Assembly (NCBI RefSeq): GCF_009914755.1 | Contig: NC_060933.1 | Length of the DNA: 64,000 nucleotides | Origin: the human T2T-CHM13v2.0 reference genome, Homo sapiens | Direction: 5' to 3' (one strand) | Shown here: positions 30,099 to 43,329 of the stretch, one piece after another | Position numbering within the stretch: position 1 is the stretch's first letter | Layout of the letters: every line of letters starts with the position of its first letter | Made by a program: the position numbers and the translations under genes | The notes under the pieces: generated by a model | What the model saw: the letters and a program-made list of their open reading frames with translations, nothing else | The model's database searches: none | Told to the model about the DNA's origin: nothing

Positions 30099-30102
30099 TG
30101 CA
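30099..30102. other. Inversion breakpoint (strand switch) at a palindromic TGCA
   Basis: ...GGAATCAACCCGAG-TGCA-TTCCATTGCATTCTGGTTG... TGCA completes the left motif CAACCCGAGTGCA and also, on the - strand, the right motif GGAATGCA. No foreign insert. Confidence 0.93.
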
Positions 30103-33100
30103 TTCCATTGCATTCTGGTTGTTTCCATTCCATTCCATTCCATTTCAGTCCATTCCATTGCACTCAGGTTGATTCCATTCCATTCCATTCCATTGCATTC
30201 CATTCCATTCCATTCCGGATGATTCCATTCCATTGCATTGCATTCTATTCCATTCCCCTGCACTCGGGTTGATTCCATTCCATTCCATTACATTACATTC
30301 CGTTCCATTCCATTCCATTCCTTTCGGATTGATTCTATTCAATTCCCTTACACTCCATTCCATTCCATTCCATTCGGGTAGTTTCCATTCCATTCCATTC
30401 CATTCCTCTCCATTCCATTGCACTCGGGTTGATTCCATTCCATTCCATTCCATTCCATTCCATTACATTACATTACATTACATTACATTCCGTTCCATTG
30501 TACTCGGGTTGATTTCATTCCATTGCATTCCATTCCATTCCATTCCATTCCATTCCGTTCCATTCCATTATATTCGGATTGATTCTATTGAACTCCCTTA
30601 CTCTCCATTACATTCCATTCCATTCGGGTTGTTCTATTCCATTCCATTCCGTTCCACTCCATTCCATTGCACGCGGGTTGATTCCATTCCATTCCATTCC
30701 ATTGCATTCCATTCCAGTCCATTCCATTCCGGATGATTCCATTCCATTGCATTCCGTTCCATTACATTCCCCTGCACTCGGGTTGATTCCATTCCATTCC
30801 ATTCCATTCCATTCGATTCCATTCCATTCCAATTCTTTCCATTCCATTCTATTCCGTACCATGCCATTCCATTCCATACAATTGCATTCCATTCCATTCC
30901 ACTCCGTTCCGTTCCGTTCCGTTCCGTTCGGTTCCATTCCATTCCATTCCATTCTATTCGGTTTAATTCCATTCCATTCCATTCCATTCCATTCCATTCC
31001 GTTGCATTCCATTCCATTACATTCGGATTGATTCTATTCAACACCCTTACTCTCCATTACATTCCATTCCATTCGGATTGTTCCATTCCATTCCATTACA
31101 TTCCACTCCATTCCATTGCACTCGGGTTGATTCCATTCCATTCCATTCCATTCCATTCCATTCGTGTTGATTCCATTCCTTTCCATTCCATTCGGTTTGA
31201 AGGCATTCCAATCCATTCCATTCCCTTCCATTCCATTCCATTCCATTCCATTCCATTCCATTGTACTCGGGTTGATTCCATTCCATTGCATTCCATTCCA
31301 TTCCATTCCATTCCATTCCATTCCGTTGCATTCTATTCCATTACATTCAGATTGATTCTATTCAACTCCCTTACTCTCCATTACATTCCATTCCATTCGG
31401 GTTGTTCCATTCCATTCCATTCCATTCCACTCCATTCCATTGCACTCGGGTTGATTCCATTCCATTCCATTCCATTCCATTCCATTCCATTCCATTCCGG
31501 ATGATTCCATTCCATTGCATTCCGTTCCATTACATTCCCCTGCACTCGCGTTGATTCCATTCCATTCCATTCCATTCAATTCCATTCCATTACAATTCGT
31601 TCCATTCCATTCTATTCCGTTCCGTTCCATTCCATTCCATTCCATTCCATTCCGTTCCGTTCCATTCCATTGCATTCCATTCTATTCGGGTTAATTCCAT
31701 TCCATTCCATTCGATTGCAATCGAGTTGATTCCATTCCATTCCATTCCATTCCATTCCAGTCCATTCCATTCCTTTCCATTCCGTTACGGATGATTCCAT
31801 TCCATTGCATTCCATTCCAATCCATTCCCCTGTACTCGGGTTGATTCCATTCCATTCCATTCCAATCCATGCCATTCCACTCGTGTTGATTCCATTCTTT
31901 CCATTCCATTCAAGTTGAATCCATTCCATTGCATTCCATTCCATTCCATTCCCCTGCAGTCGGGTTGATTCCATTCCATTCCATTCCATTCCAATCCATT
32001 CCATTCCACTCCGTTCCGTTCCATTCCATTCTATTCCATTCCATTATATTCGGCTTAATTCCATTCCATTCCATTCCATTCCAATAGAGTTGATTCCATT
32101 CCATTCCATTCCATTCCATTCCACTCCATTCCAGTCCTTTCCATTCCATTCCACTCGGGTTGATTCCAATGTATTCCTTTCCATTCCATTCCATTCCATT
32201 GCAATCGAGTTGATTCCATTGCTTTGCATTCCATTGCATTCCATTCCATTCCGGATGATTCCATTCCATTGCATTCTATTCCATTCCATTCCCCTGCACT
32301 CGGGTTGATTCCATTCCATTCCACTCCATTCCGTTACATTCCATTCCATTGCATTGTATTCGGGTTAATTCCATTCCATTCCATTCCATTCCATTCCATT
32401 GCATTACAATCGAGTTGATTCCATTCCATTCCATACCATTCCAGTCCTTTCCATTCTATTCCTCTCGGGTTGATTCCATTCTATTAGTTTCCATTCCATT
32501 CCATTCCCTTCCATTCCACTCTGGTTGATACCATTCCTTTCCATTCCACTCGAATACATTCCCTCCTATTCCACTCGGAACGATTCCATTCCATTCCATT
32601 CCATTCCATTCCATTCCATTCCATTCCATTTCGTTCCATTCCATTCTATTCCGTATCATTCCATTCCATTCCATTCCATTCCATTCCATTCCATTCCATT
32701 GTACTCGGGTTGATTCAATTCCATTGCATTCCATTCCATTCCATTGCATTCCATTCCGTTGCATTCCATTCCATTACATTCGGATTGATTCTATTCAACA
32801 CCCTTAGTCTCCATTACATTCCATTCCATTCGGGTTGTTCCATTCAATTCCATTACATTCCACTCCATTCCATTGCACTCGGGTTGATTCCATTCCATTC
32901 CATTCCATTCCATTCCATTCCATTCCATTCCGGATGATTCCATTCCATTGCATTCCGTTCCATTACATTCCCCTACTCTCGCGTTGATTCCATTCCATTC
33001 CATTCAATTCCATTCCATTACAATTCGTTCCATTCCATTCTATTCCGTACCATTCCATTCCATTCCATACCATTCCATTCCATTCCTTTCCATTCCGTTC

Positions 33101-36100
33101 CATTCCATTCCATTCCATTCCATTCCATTCTATTCGAATTAATTTCATTCCATTCCATTCCATTCCATTCTATTCCATCCCATTGCAATCGAGTTGAATC
33201 CATTGCATTTCATTCCATTCCATTCCATTCCATTCCATTCCGGAAGATTCCATTCCATTGCATTCCATTCCATTCCATTCCCCTGCACTCGCGTTGATTC
33301 CATTCCATTCCATTCCATTCCATTCCGTTCCGTTCCATTCCATTCCATTCCATTCCATTCCATTCCGTTCCGTTCCATTTCATTCCATTCAATTCTATTC
33401 GGGTTAATTCCATTCCATTCCATTCGATTGCAATCGAGTTGATTCCATTCCATTCCATTCCATTCCATTCCATTCCATTCCATTCCATTCCATTCCTTTC
33501 CATTCCATTATGGATGATTCCATTCCATTGCATTCCATTCCATTCCATTCCCCTGTACTCGGGTTGATTCCATTCCATTCCATTCCAATCCATGCCATTC
33601 CACTCGTGTTGATTCCATTCTTTCCATTCCATTCAAGTTGAATCCATTCCATTGCATTCCATTCAATTCGATTCCATTCGATTGCACTCGGGTTGATTCC
33701 ATTCCATTGCATTCCATTCCATTCCATTCCATTCCATTCCATTCCATTCCGTTCCATTCCATTCCTTTACATTCGGATTGATTCCATTCAATTCCCTTAC
33801 AATCCATTACATTCCATTCCATTCGGGTAGTTTCCATTCCATTCCATTCCATTCCATTCCATTCCTCTCCATTCCATTGCACTCGGGTTGATTCCATTCC
33901 ATTGCATTCCATTCCATTCCATTCAATTCCATTCCGTTCCATGCCATTCCATTACATTCGGATTGATTCTATTCAACTCCCTTACTCTCCATTACATTCC
34001 ATTCCATTCGGGTTGTTCCATTCCATTCCATTCCATTCCACTCCATTCCATTGCACTCGGGTTGATTCCATTCCATTCCATTCCATTGCATTCCATTCCA
34101 TTCCATTCCCCTGCAGTCGGGTTGATTCCATTCCATTCCATTCCATTCCATTCCATTCCATTCCGTTCCGTTCCATTCCATTCCTTTCCATTCTATTCGG
34201 GTTAATTCCATTCCATTCCATTCCATTCCATTCCAATCGAGTTGATTCCATTCCATTCCATTCCATTCCATTCCATTCCATTCCACTCCATTCCATTCCA
34301 CTCCATTCCAGTCCTTTCCATTCCATTCCACTCGGGTTGATTCCAATGTATTCCTTTCTATTCCATTCCATTCCATTACAATCGAGTTGATTCCATTGCT
34401 TTGCATTCCATTCCATTCCATTCCATTCCGGATGATTCCATTCCATTGCATTCCATTCCATTCCATTCCATTCCATTCCATTCCATTACAATCGAGTTGA
34501 TTCCATTCCATTCCATTCCATTCCAGTCTTTCCATTCCATTCCACTTGGGTTGATTCCATGCTATTAGTTTCCATTCCATTCCATTCCCTTCCATTCCAC
34601 TCTGGTTGATACCATTCCTTTCCATTCCACTCGAATACATTCCCTCCTATTCCACTCGGAACGATTCCATTCCATTCCATTCCATTCCATTCCATTCCAT
34701 TCCATTCCATTGTACTCAGGTTGATTCAATTCCATTGCATTCCATTCCATTCCATTCCATTGCATTCCATTCCATTCCATTCCGTTCTATTCCATTCCAT
34801 TACATTCGGATTGATTCTATTCAACTCCCTTACTCTCCATTACATTCCATTCCATTCGGGTTGTTCCATTCCATTCCATTCCATTCCACTCCATTCCATT
34901 GCACTCCGGTTGATTCCATTCCATTCCATTCCATTCCATTCCATTCCATTCCGGATGATTCCATTCCATTGCATTCCGTTCCATTACATTCCCCTGCACT
35001 CGCGTTGATTCCATTCCATTCCATTCAATTCCGTTCCATTTCAATTCGTTCCATTCCATTCTATTCCGTACCATTCCATTCCTTTCCATACCATTCCATT
35101 CCATTCCATTCCGTTCCATTCCGTTCCATTCCATTCCATTCCATTCTACTCGGATTAATTCCATTCCATTCCATTCCATTCCATTCCATTCCATTCCATT
35201 CCATTCCATTCCATTCTATTCCATTCCATTGCAATCGAGTTGAATCCATTGCATTCCATTCTATTCCATTCCATTCCATTCCATTCCGGAAGATTCCATT
35301 CCATTTCATTCCATTCCATTCCATTCCCCTGCACTCGCGTTGATTCCATTCCATTCCATTCCATTCCATTCCATTCCGTTCCGTTCCATTCCATTCCATT
35401 CCATTCCATTCCATTCCGTTCCGTTCCGTTCCATTCCATTCCATTCCATTCTATTCGGGTTAATTCCATTCCATTCCATTCGATTGCAATCGAGTTGATT
35501 CCATTCCATTCTATTCCATTCCATTCCATTACATTCCATTCCTTTCCATTCCATTACGGATGATTCCATTCCATTGCATTCCATTCCATTCCATTCCCCT
35601 GTACTCGGGTTGATTCCATTGCATTCCATTCCAATCCATGCCATTCCACTCGTGTTGATTCCATTCTTTCCATTCCATTCAAGTTGAATGCATTCCATTG
35701 CATTCCATTCCATTCCATTCCCCTGTACTCGGGTTGATTCCATTCCATTCCATTCCAATCCATGCCATTCCACTCGTGTTGATTCCATACTTTCCATTCC
35801 ATTCAAGTTGAATCCATTCCATTGCATTCCATTCCATTCGATTCCATTCGATTGCACTCGGGTTGATTCCATTCCATTGCATTCCATTCCATTCCATTCC
35901 ATTCCATTCCATTCCATTCCATTCCGTTCCATTCCATTCCATTACATTCGGATTGATTCTATTCAATTCCCTTACACTCCACTACATTCCATTCCATTCG
36001 GGTAGTTTCCATTCCATTCCATTCCATTCCTCTCCATTCCATTGCACTCGGGTTGATTCCATTCAATTGCATTCCATTCCATTCCATTCAATTCCATTCC

Positions 36101-39100
36101 GATCCATTCCATTCCATTACATTAGGATTGATTCTATTCAACTCCCTTACTCTCCATTACATTCCATTCCATTCGGGTTGTTCCATTCTATTCCATTCCA
36201 TTCCACTCCATTCAATTGCACTCGGGTTTATTCCATTCCATTCCATTCCATTCCATTCCGGAAGATTCCATTCCATTGCATTCCATTCCATTCCATTCCC
36301 CTGCACTCGCGTTGATTCCATTCCATTCCATTCCATTCCATTCCATTCCATTCCATTCCATTCCATTCCTTTCCGTTCCATTCCATTCCATTCCATTCCA
36401 TTCCAATCCATTCCATTCCGTTCCGTTCCGTTCCATTCCATTCCATTCCATTCTATTCGGGTTAATTCCATTCCATTCCATTCGATTGCAATCGAGTTGA
36501 TTCCATTCCATTCTATTCCATTCCATTCCATTCCATTCCATTCCTTTCCATTCCATTCCATTTCGGATGATTCCATTCCATTGCATTCCATTCAATTCCA
36601 TTCCCCTGTACTCGGGTTGATTCCATTGCATTCCATTCCAATCCATGCCATTCCACTCGTGTTGATTCCATTCTTTCCATTCCATTCAAGTTGAATCCAT
36701 TCCATTGCATTCCATTCCATTCCATTCCCCTGCAGTCGGGTTGATTCCATTCCATTCCATTCCATTCCATTCCATTCCATTCCATTCCGTTCCGTTCCAT
36801 TCCATTCCATTCCATTCTATTCGGGTTAATTCAATTCCATTCCATTCCATTCCATTCCAATCGAGTTGATTCCATTCCATTCCATTTCATTCCATTCCAC
36901 TCCATTCCATTCCACTCCATTCCAGTCCTTTCCATTCCATTCCACTCGGGTTGATTCCAATGTATTCCTTTCCATTCCATTCCATTCCATTGCAATCGAG
37001 TTGATTCCATTGCTTTGCATTCCATTCCATTCCATTCCATTCCGGATGATTCCATTCCATTGCATTCCATTCCATTCCACTCCCCTGCACTCGTGTTGTT
37101 TCCATTCCATTCCACTCCATTCCATTCCATTCCATTACATTCCATTGTATTCGGGTTAATTCCATTCCATTCCATTCCATTCCATTCCATTACAATCGAG
37201 TTGATTCCATTCCATTCCATTCCATTCCAGTCCTTTCCATTCCATTCCACTCGGTTTGATTCCATTCTATTAGTTTCCATTCCATTCCATTCCCTTCCAT
37301 TCCACTCTGGTTGATACCATTCCTTTCCATTCCACTCGAATACATTCCCTCCTATTCCACTCGGAACGATTCCATTCCATTCCATTCCATTCCATTCCAT
37401 TCCATTCCATTCCATTGTACTCAGGTTGATTCAATTCCATTGCATTCCATTCCATTCCATTCAATTCCATTCCATTCCGTTCTATTCCATTCCATTACAT
37501 TCGGATTGATTCTATTCAACTCCCTTACTCTCCATTCCATTCCATTCCAATCGAGTTGATTCCATTCCATTCCATTCCATTCCATTCCACTCCATTCCAG
37601 TCCTTTCCATTCCATTCCACTCGGGTTGATTCCAATGTATTCCTTTCCATTCCATTCCATTCCATTGCATTCCGTTCCATTACATTCCCCTGCACTCGCG
37701 TTGATTCCATTCCATTCCATTCCATTCCATTCAATTCCATTCCATTACAATTCGTTCCATTCCATTCTATTCCGTACCATTCCATTCCATTCCATTCCAA
37801 TCGAGTTGATTCCTTTCCATTCCATTCCATTCCATTCCACTCCATTCCAGTCCTTTCCATTCCATTCCACTCGGGGTGATTCCAATGTATTCCTTTCCAT
37901 TCCATTCCATTCCATTGCAATCGAGTTGATTCCATTGCTTTGCATTCCATTTTATTCCATTCCATTCCGGATGATTCCATTCCATTGCCTTCCATTCCAT
38001 TCCATTCCCCTGCACTCGGGTTGATTCCATTCCATTCCACTCCATTCCGTACCATTCCATTCCATTCCATTCCATTGTATTCGGGTTAATTCCATTCCAT
38101 TCCATTCCATTCCATTCCATTCCATTCCATTCCATTCCATTGCAATCGAGTTGATTCCATTCCATTTCATTCCATTCCATTCCATTACATTCCATTCCAA
38201 TCGAGTTGATTCCATTCCATTTCATTCCATTCCATTCCATTCCATTCCATTCCATTCCAGTCCTTTCCATTCCAATCCACTCGGGTTGATTCCATTCTAT
38301 TAGTTTCCATTCCATTCCATTCTCTTCCATTCCACTCTGGGTGATTCCATTCCTTTCCATTCCACTCGAATACATTCCCTCCTATTCTACTCGGAACGAT
38401 TCCATTCCATTCCATTCCATTCCATTCCATTCCATTCCATTCCATTCCATTCCATTTCGTTCCATTCCATTCTGTTCCGTATCATTCCATTCCATTCCAT
38501 TCCATTCCCTTCCATTCCATTCCATTACATTCCACTCGTGTTGATTCCATTCCTTTCCATTCCATTCGGTTTGAAGGCATTCCATTCCATTCCATTCCAT
38601 TCCATTCCATTCCATTCCATTTTACTCGGGTTGATTCCATTCCATTGCATTCCATTCCATTCCAATCCGTTGCATTCCATTCCATTACATTCGGATTGAT
38701 TCTATTCAACTCCCTTACTCTCCATTACATTCCATTCCATTCGGGTTGTTCCATTCCATTCCATTCCATTCCACTCCATTCCATTGCACTCGGGTTGATT
38801 CCATTCCATTCCATTCCATTCCATTCCATTCCGGATGATTCCGTTCCATTGCATTCCTTTCCATTACATTCCCCTGCACTCGCGTTGATTCCATTCCATT
38901 CCATTCCATTCCATTCCATTCAATTCCATTCCATTTCAATTCGTTCCATTCCATTCTATTCCGTAGCATTCCATTCCATTCCATACCATTCCATTCCATT
39001 CCATTCCATTCCATTCCATTCCATTCCGTTCCATTCCATTCCGTTCCATTCCATTCCATTCCATTCTATTCGGGTTAATTCCATTCCATTCCATTCCAAT

Positions 39101-41000
39101 CTATTCCATTCCATTGCAATCGAGTTGAATCCATTGCATTTCAATCCATTCCATTCCATTCCATTCCATTCCATTGCAATCGAGTTGAATCCATTGCATT
39201 TCATTCCATTCCATTCCATTCCATTCCATTCCGGAAGATTCCATTCCATTGCATTCCATTCCATTCCATTCCCCTGCACTCGCGTTGATTCCATTCCATT
39301 CCATTCCATTCCATTCCGTTCCGTTCCGTTCCATTTCATTCCATTCCATTCCATTCCATTCAGTTCCGTTCCATTCCATTCCATTCCATTCTATTCGGGT
39401 TAATTCCATTCCATTCCATTCGATTGCAATCGAGTTGATTCCATTCCATTCCATTCCATTCCATTCCGGATGATTCCATTCTATTGCATTCCATTCCATT
39501 CCATTCCCCTGCAGTCGGGTTGATTCCATTCCATTCCATTCCATTCCATTCCATTCCATTCCATTCCGTTCCATTCCATTCCATTCCATTCTATTCGGGT
39601 TAATTCCATTCCATTCCTTTCCATTCCATTCCATTCCATTCCAATTGAGTTGATTCCATTCCATTCCATTCCATTCCATTCCACTCCATTCCAGTCCTTT
39701 CCATTCCATTACACTCGGGTTGATTCCGTTCTATTCCTTTCCATTCCATTCCATTCCATTGCAATCGAGTTGATTCCTTTGCTTTGCATTCTATTCCATT
39801 CCATTCCATTCGGGATGATTCCATTCCATTGCATTCCATTCCATTCCATTCCCCTGCACTCGGGTTGATTCCATTCCATTCCACTCCATTCCGTTCCATT
39901 CTAGTCCATTCCATTGTATTCGGGTTAATTCCATTCCATTCCATTCCATTCCATTCCATTCCATTACAATGTAGTTGAATCCATTCCATTCCATTCCATT
40001 CCATTACATTCCATTCCAGTCCTTTCCATTCCATTCCACTCGGGTTGATTCCATTCTATTAGTTTCCATTCCATTCCATTCCCTTCCATTCCAATCTGGT
40101 TGATTCCATTCCTATCCATTCCACTCGAATACATTCCCTCCTATTCCACTCAGAACGATTCCATTCCATTCCATTCCATTCCATTCCATTCCATTCCATT
40201 CCATTCCATTCCAGTTCGTTCCATTCCATTCTATTCCGTACCATTCTATTCTATTCCATTCCTTTCCATTCCATTCCATTCCACTCGTGGTGATTCCATT
40301 CCTTTCCATTCCATTCGGTTTGAAGGCATTCCATTCCATTCAATTCCATTCCATTCCATTCCATTCCATTCCATTCCATTCCATTGTACTCGAGTTGATT
40401 CCATTCCATTGCATTCAATTCCATTCCATTCCATTCCATTGTACTCGAGTTGATTCCATTCCATTGCATTCCATTCCATTCCATTCCATTCCAATCCGTT
40501 GCATTCCATTCCATTACATTCGGATTGATTCTATTCAACTCCCTTACTCTCCATTACATTCCATTCCATTCGGGTTGTTCCATTCCATTCCATTCCATTC
40601 CACTCCATTCCATTGCACTCGGGTTGATTCCATTCCATTCCATTCCATTCCATTCCATTCCGGATGATTCCATTCCATTGCATTCCGTTCCATTACATTT
40701 CCCTGCACTCGCGTTGATTCCATTCCATTCCATTCCATTCCATTCAATTCCATTCCATTGCAATTCGTTCCATTCCATTCTATTCCGTAGCATTCCATAC
40801 AATTCCATTCCATTCCATTCCATTCCATTCCATTCCGTTCCATTCTGTTCCTTTCCATTCCATTCCATTCTATTCGGATTAATTCCATTCCATTCCATTC
40901 CGTTCCATTCCATTCCATTCCATTCCTTTCCATTCCATTACATTCCATTTCGTTCCATTCCATTCTATTCCGTACGATTCCATTGCATTCCATTCCATTC
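30101..41000 (-). repeat. HSat3 sub-domain B' (right, inverted B)
   Basis: Reverse complements of the B markers (TTCAACTCCCTTACTCTCC last ~40534; CACTCGCGTTG last ~40706; CCGGAAGATTCC). Confidence 0.75.
33237..39242 (-). promoter_or_regulatory. Perfect heat-shock-element matches (ATTCCGGAAGATTCC on +), 4 copies in the right arm
   Basis: 15-mers at about 33237, 35283, 36255 and 39228, the reverse complement of the left-arm element. Confidence 0.58.
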
Positions 41001-43329
41001 CATTCCTTTGCATTCCATTGAAATCGAGTTGATTCCATTCCATTCCGTTCCATTCCATTCTATTCCATTCCATTCCGGATGATTCCATTCCACTGCATTC
41101 CATTCCATTAAATTCCCCTGCACTTGGGGTGATTCCTTTCCATTCTATTCTATTCCATTCCATTCCATTCCATTCCATTCCATTCCATTCCATTTCATTG
41201 CAATCGAGTTGATTCCATTGCATTCCATTCCATTCCATTCCAGTCCTTTCCATTCCATTCCACTCGGGTTGATTCCATTCTATTCCTTTCCATTCCATTC
41301 GATTCCATTCCATTCCACTCTGGTTGATACCATTCCTTTTCATTCCACTCGAAAACATTCCCTTCTATTCCACTCGGAATGATTCCATTCCATTCCATTC
41401 CATTCCATTCCATTCCATTCCGTTTCGTTCCATTACATTCTATTCCGTACCATTCCACTCCATTCCATTCCATTCCATTCCATGCCATTCCTCTCGGGTT
41501 GATTCCATTCCTTTCCATTCCATTCGGGTTGAATCCATTCCATTCCATTCCTTTCCATTCCATTCCATTCCATTGCACTCGGGTTGATTCCATTCCATTC
41601 CATTCCGTTCCATTCCGGATGACTCCATTCCATTGCATTCCATTCCATTCCATTCCCCTGCACTCGGTTTCATTACATTACATTCCATTCACTTCCATTC
41701 CATTCCATTCCATTCCATTCCATTCCATTCCATTCCATTTCAATCGAGTTGATTCCATTCCATTCCATTCCATTCCATTCAATTCCGAATGATTTCATTC
41801 CATTGCCTTCCATTCCATTCCATTCCCCTGCACTCGGGTTGATTTCATTCCATTCCATTCCATTCCATTCCATTCCATTCCATTCCATTCCATTCCATTC
41901 CATTTCTTTCCATTCCATTCTATTCCGTACCATTCCATTCCATTCCATTCCATTCCATTCCATTTCCTTCCATTCCATTCCATTCCATTCCATTCCATTC
42001 CATTCCATTCCATTTCCTTCCATTCCATTCCATTCCATTCCATTCCATTCCATTCCATTCTATTAGGGTTAATTCCATTCCATTCCATTCCATTCCATTC
42101 CATTCCATGCCATTCCACTCGGGTTGATTCCATTCCTTTCCATTCCATTCGAGTTGAATCCATTCCATTCCATTCTATTCCATTCCATTCCTTTCCATTC
42201 CATTCAATTCCATTCTATTCCGGTTAATTCCGTTCCATTCCATTCCATTCCATTCCATTCCATTCCATTTCATTGCAATCGAGTTGATTCCATTGCATTC
42301 CATTCCATTCCATTCCAGTCCTTTCCATTCCATTCCACTCGGGTTGATTCCATTCTATTCCTTTCCATTCCATTCGATTGCATTCCATTCCCCTCGATTC
42401 CATTCCATCCCACTCTGGTTGATTCCATTCCTTTTCATTCCACTCGAAAACATTCCCTTCTATTCCACTCGGAATGATTCCATTCCATTCCATTCCATTC
42501 CATTCCATTTCGTTCCATTACATTCTATTCTGTACCATTCCACTCCATTCCATTCCATTCCATTCCATTCCATTCCATTGCACTTGGGTTGATTCCATTC
42601 CATTCCATTCCGTTCCATTCCGGATGACTCCATTCCATTGCATTCCATTCCATTCCATTCCCCTGCACTCGGTTTCATTCCATTCCATTCCATTCCATTC
42701 CATTCCATTCCATTCCATTCCATTCCATTTCAATCGAGTTGATTCCATTCCATTCCATTCCATTCCATTCCATTCCATTCCATTCCATTCCATTTCAATC
42801 GAGTTGATTCCATTCCATTCCATTCCATTCCATTCCATTCCATTCCATTTCAATCGAGTTGATTCCATTCCATTCCATTCCATTCCATTCCATTCAATTC
42901 CGAATGGTGTCATTCCATTGCCTTCCATTCCATTCCATTCCCCTGCACTCGGGTTGATTCCATTCCATTCCATTCCATTCCATTCCATTCCATTCCATTC
43001 CATTTCGTTCCATTCCATTCTATTCCGTACCATTCCATTCCATTCCATTCCATTCCATTCCATTCCATTTCCTTCCATTCCATTCCATTCCATTCCATTC
43101 CATTCCATTCCATTCCATTCTATTAGGGTTAATTCCATTCCATTCCATTGCATTCCATTCCATTCCATGCCATTCCACTCGGGTTGATTCCATTCCTTTC
43201 CATTCCATTCGAGTTGAATCCATTCCATTCCATTCCATTCCATTCCATTCCATTGCACACGGGTTCATTTCATTCCATTCCATTCCATTCCATTTCGTTC
43301 CATTCCATTCTATTCCATACCATTCCATT

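Larger units (their letters stand above)
1..30100 (+). repeat. Satellite III (HSat3) array, G-rich (GGAAT)n strand on +
   Basis: Uninterrupted GGAAT pentamers with interspersed CAACCCGAGT / CAACTCGATT / TAACCCGAAT decamers, the classical satellite III signature. No unique sequence. Confidence 0.97.
6400..30100 (+). repeat. HSat3 sub-domain B (left)
   Basis: Diagnostic variants GAGAGTAAGGGAGTTGAA (first ~6556), CAACTTGAA..GGAAAGAATGG, CAACGCGAGTGCAGGGG, GAGTACAGGGG, CTTCCGG and GGAATAGGAGGGAATGTATTCGAG. Confidence 0.75.

Noticed and set aside
1-30100. G-quadruplex potential at GCAGGGG and TAAGGG motifs
   Set aside because: Runs of three or more G are isolated and far apart, so there is no canonical four-tract motif.
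30099-30102. Strand switch as a sequencing or amplification fold-back chimera
   Set aside because: A technical fold-back gives near-identical arms. Here the arms differ at 3 of the first 70 bp and differ in module order and domain length. A misassembly is not fully excluded without reads.
30000-30200. Mobile-element insertion or target-site duplication at the breakpoint
   Set aside because: All bases around the junction are explained by satellite modules; there is no poly(A), Alu/L1 fragment or flanking direct repeat.
29824-30278. Chimeric ORFs switching from MEWNG to IPFHS repeats
   Set aside because: They simply cross the inversion junction.
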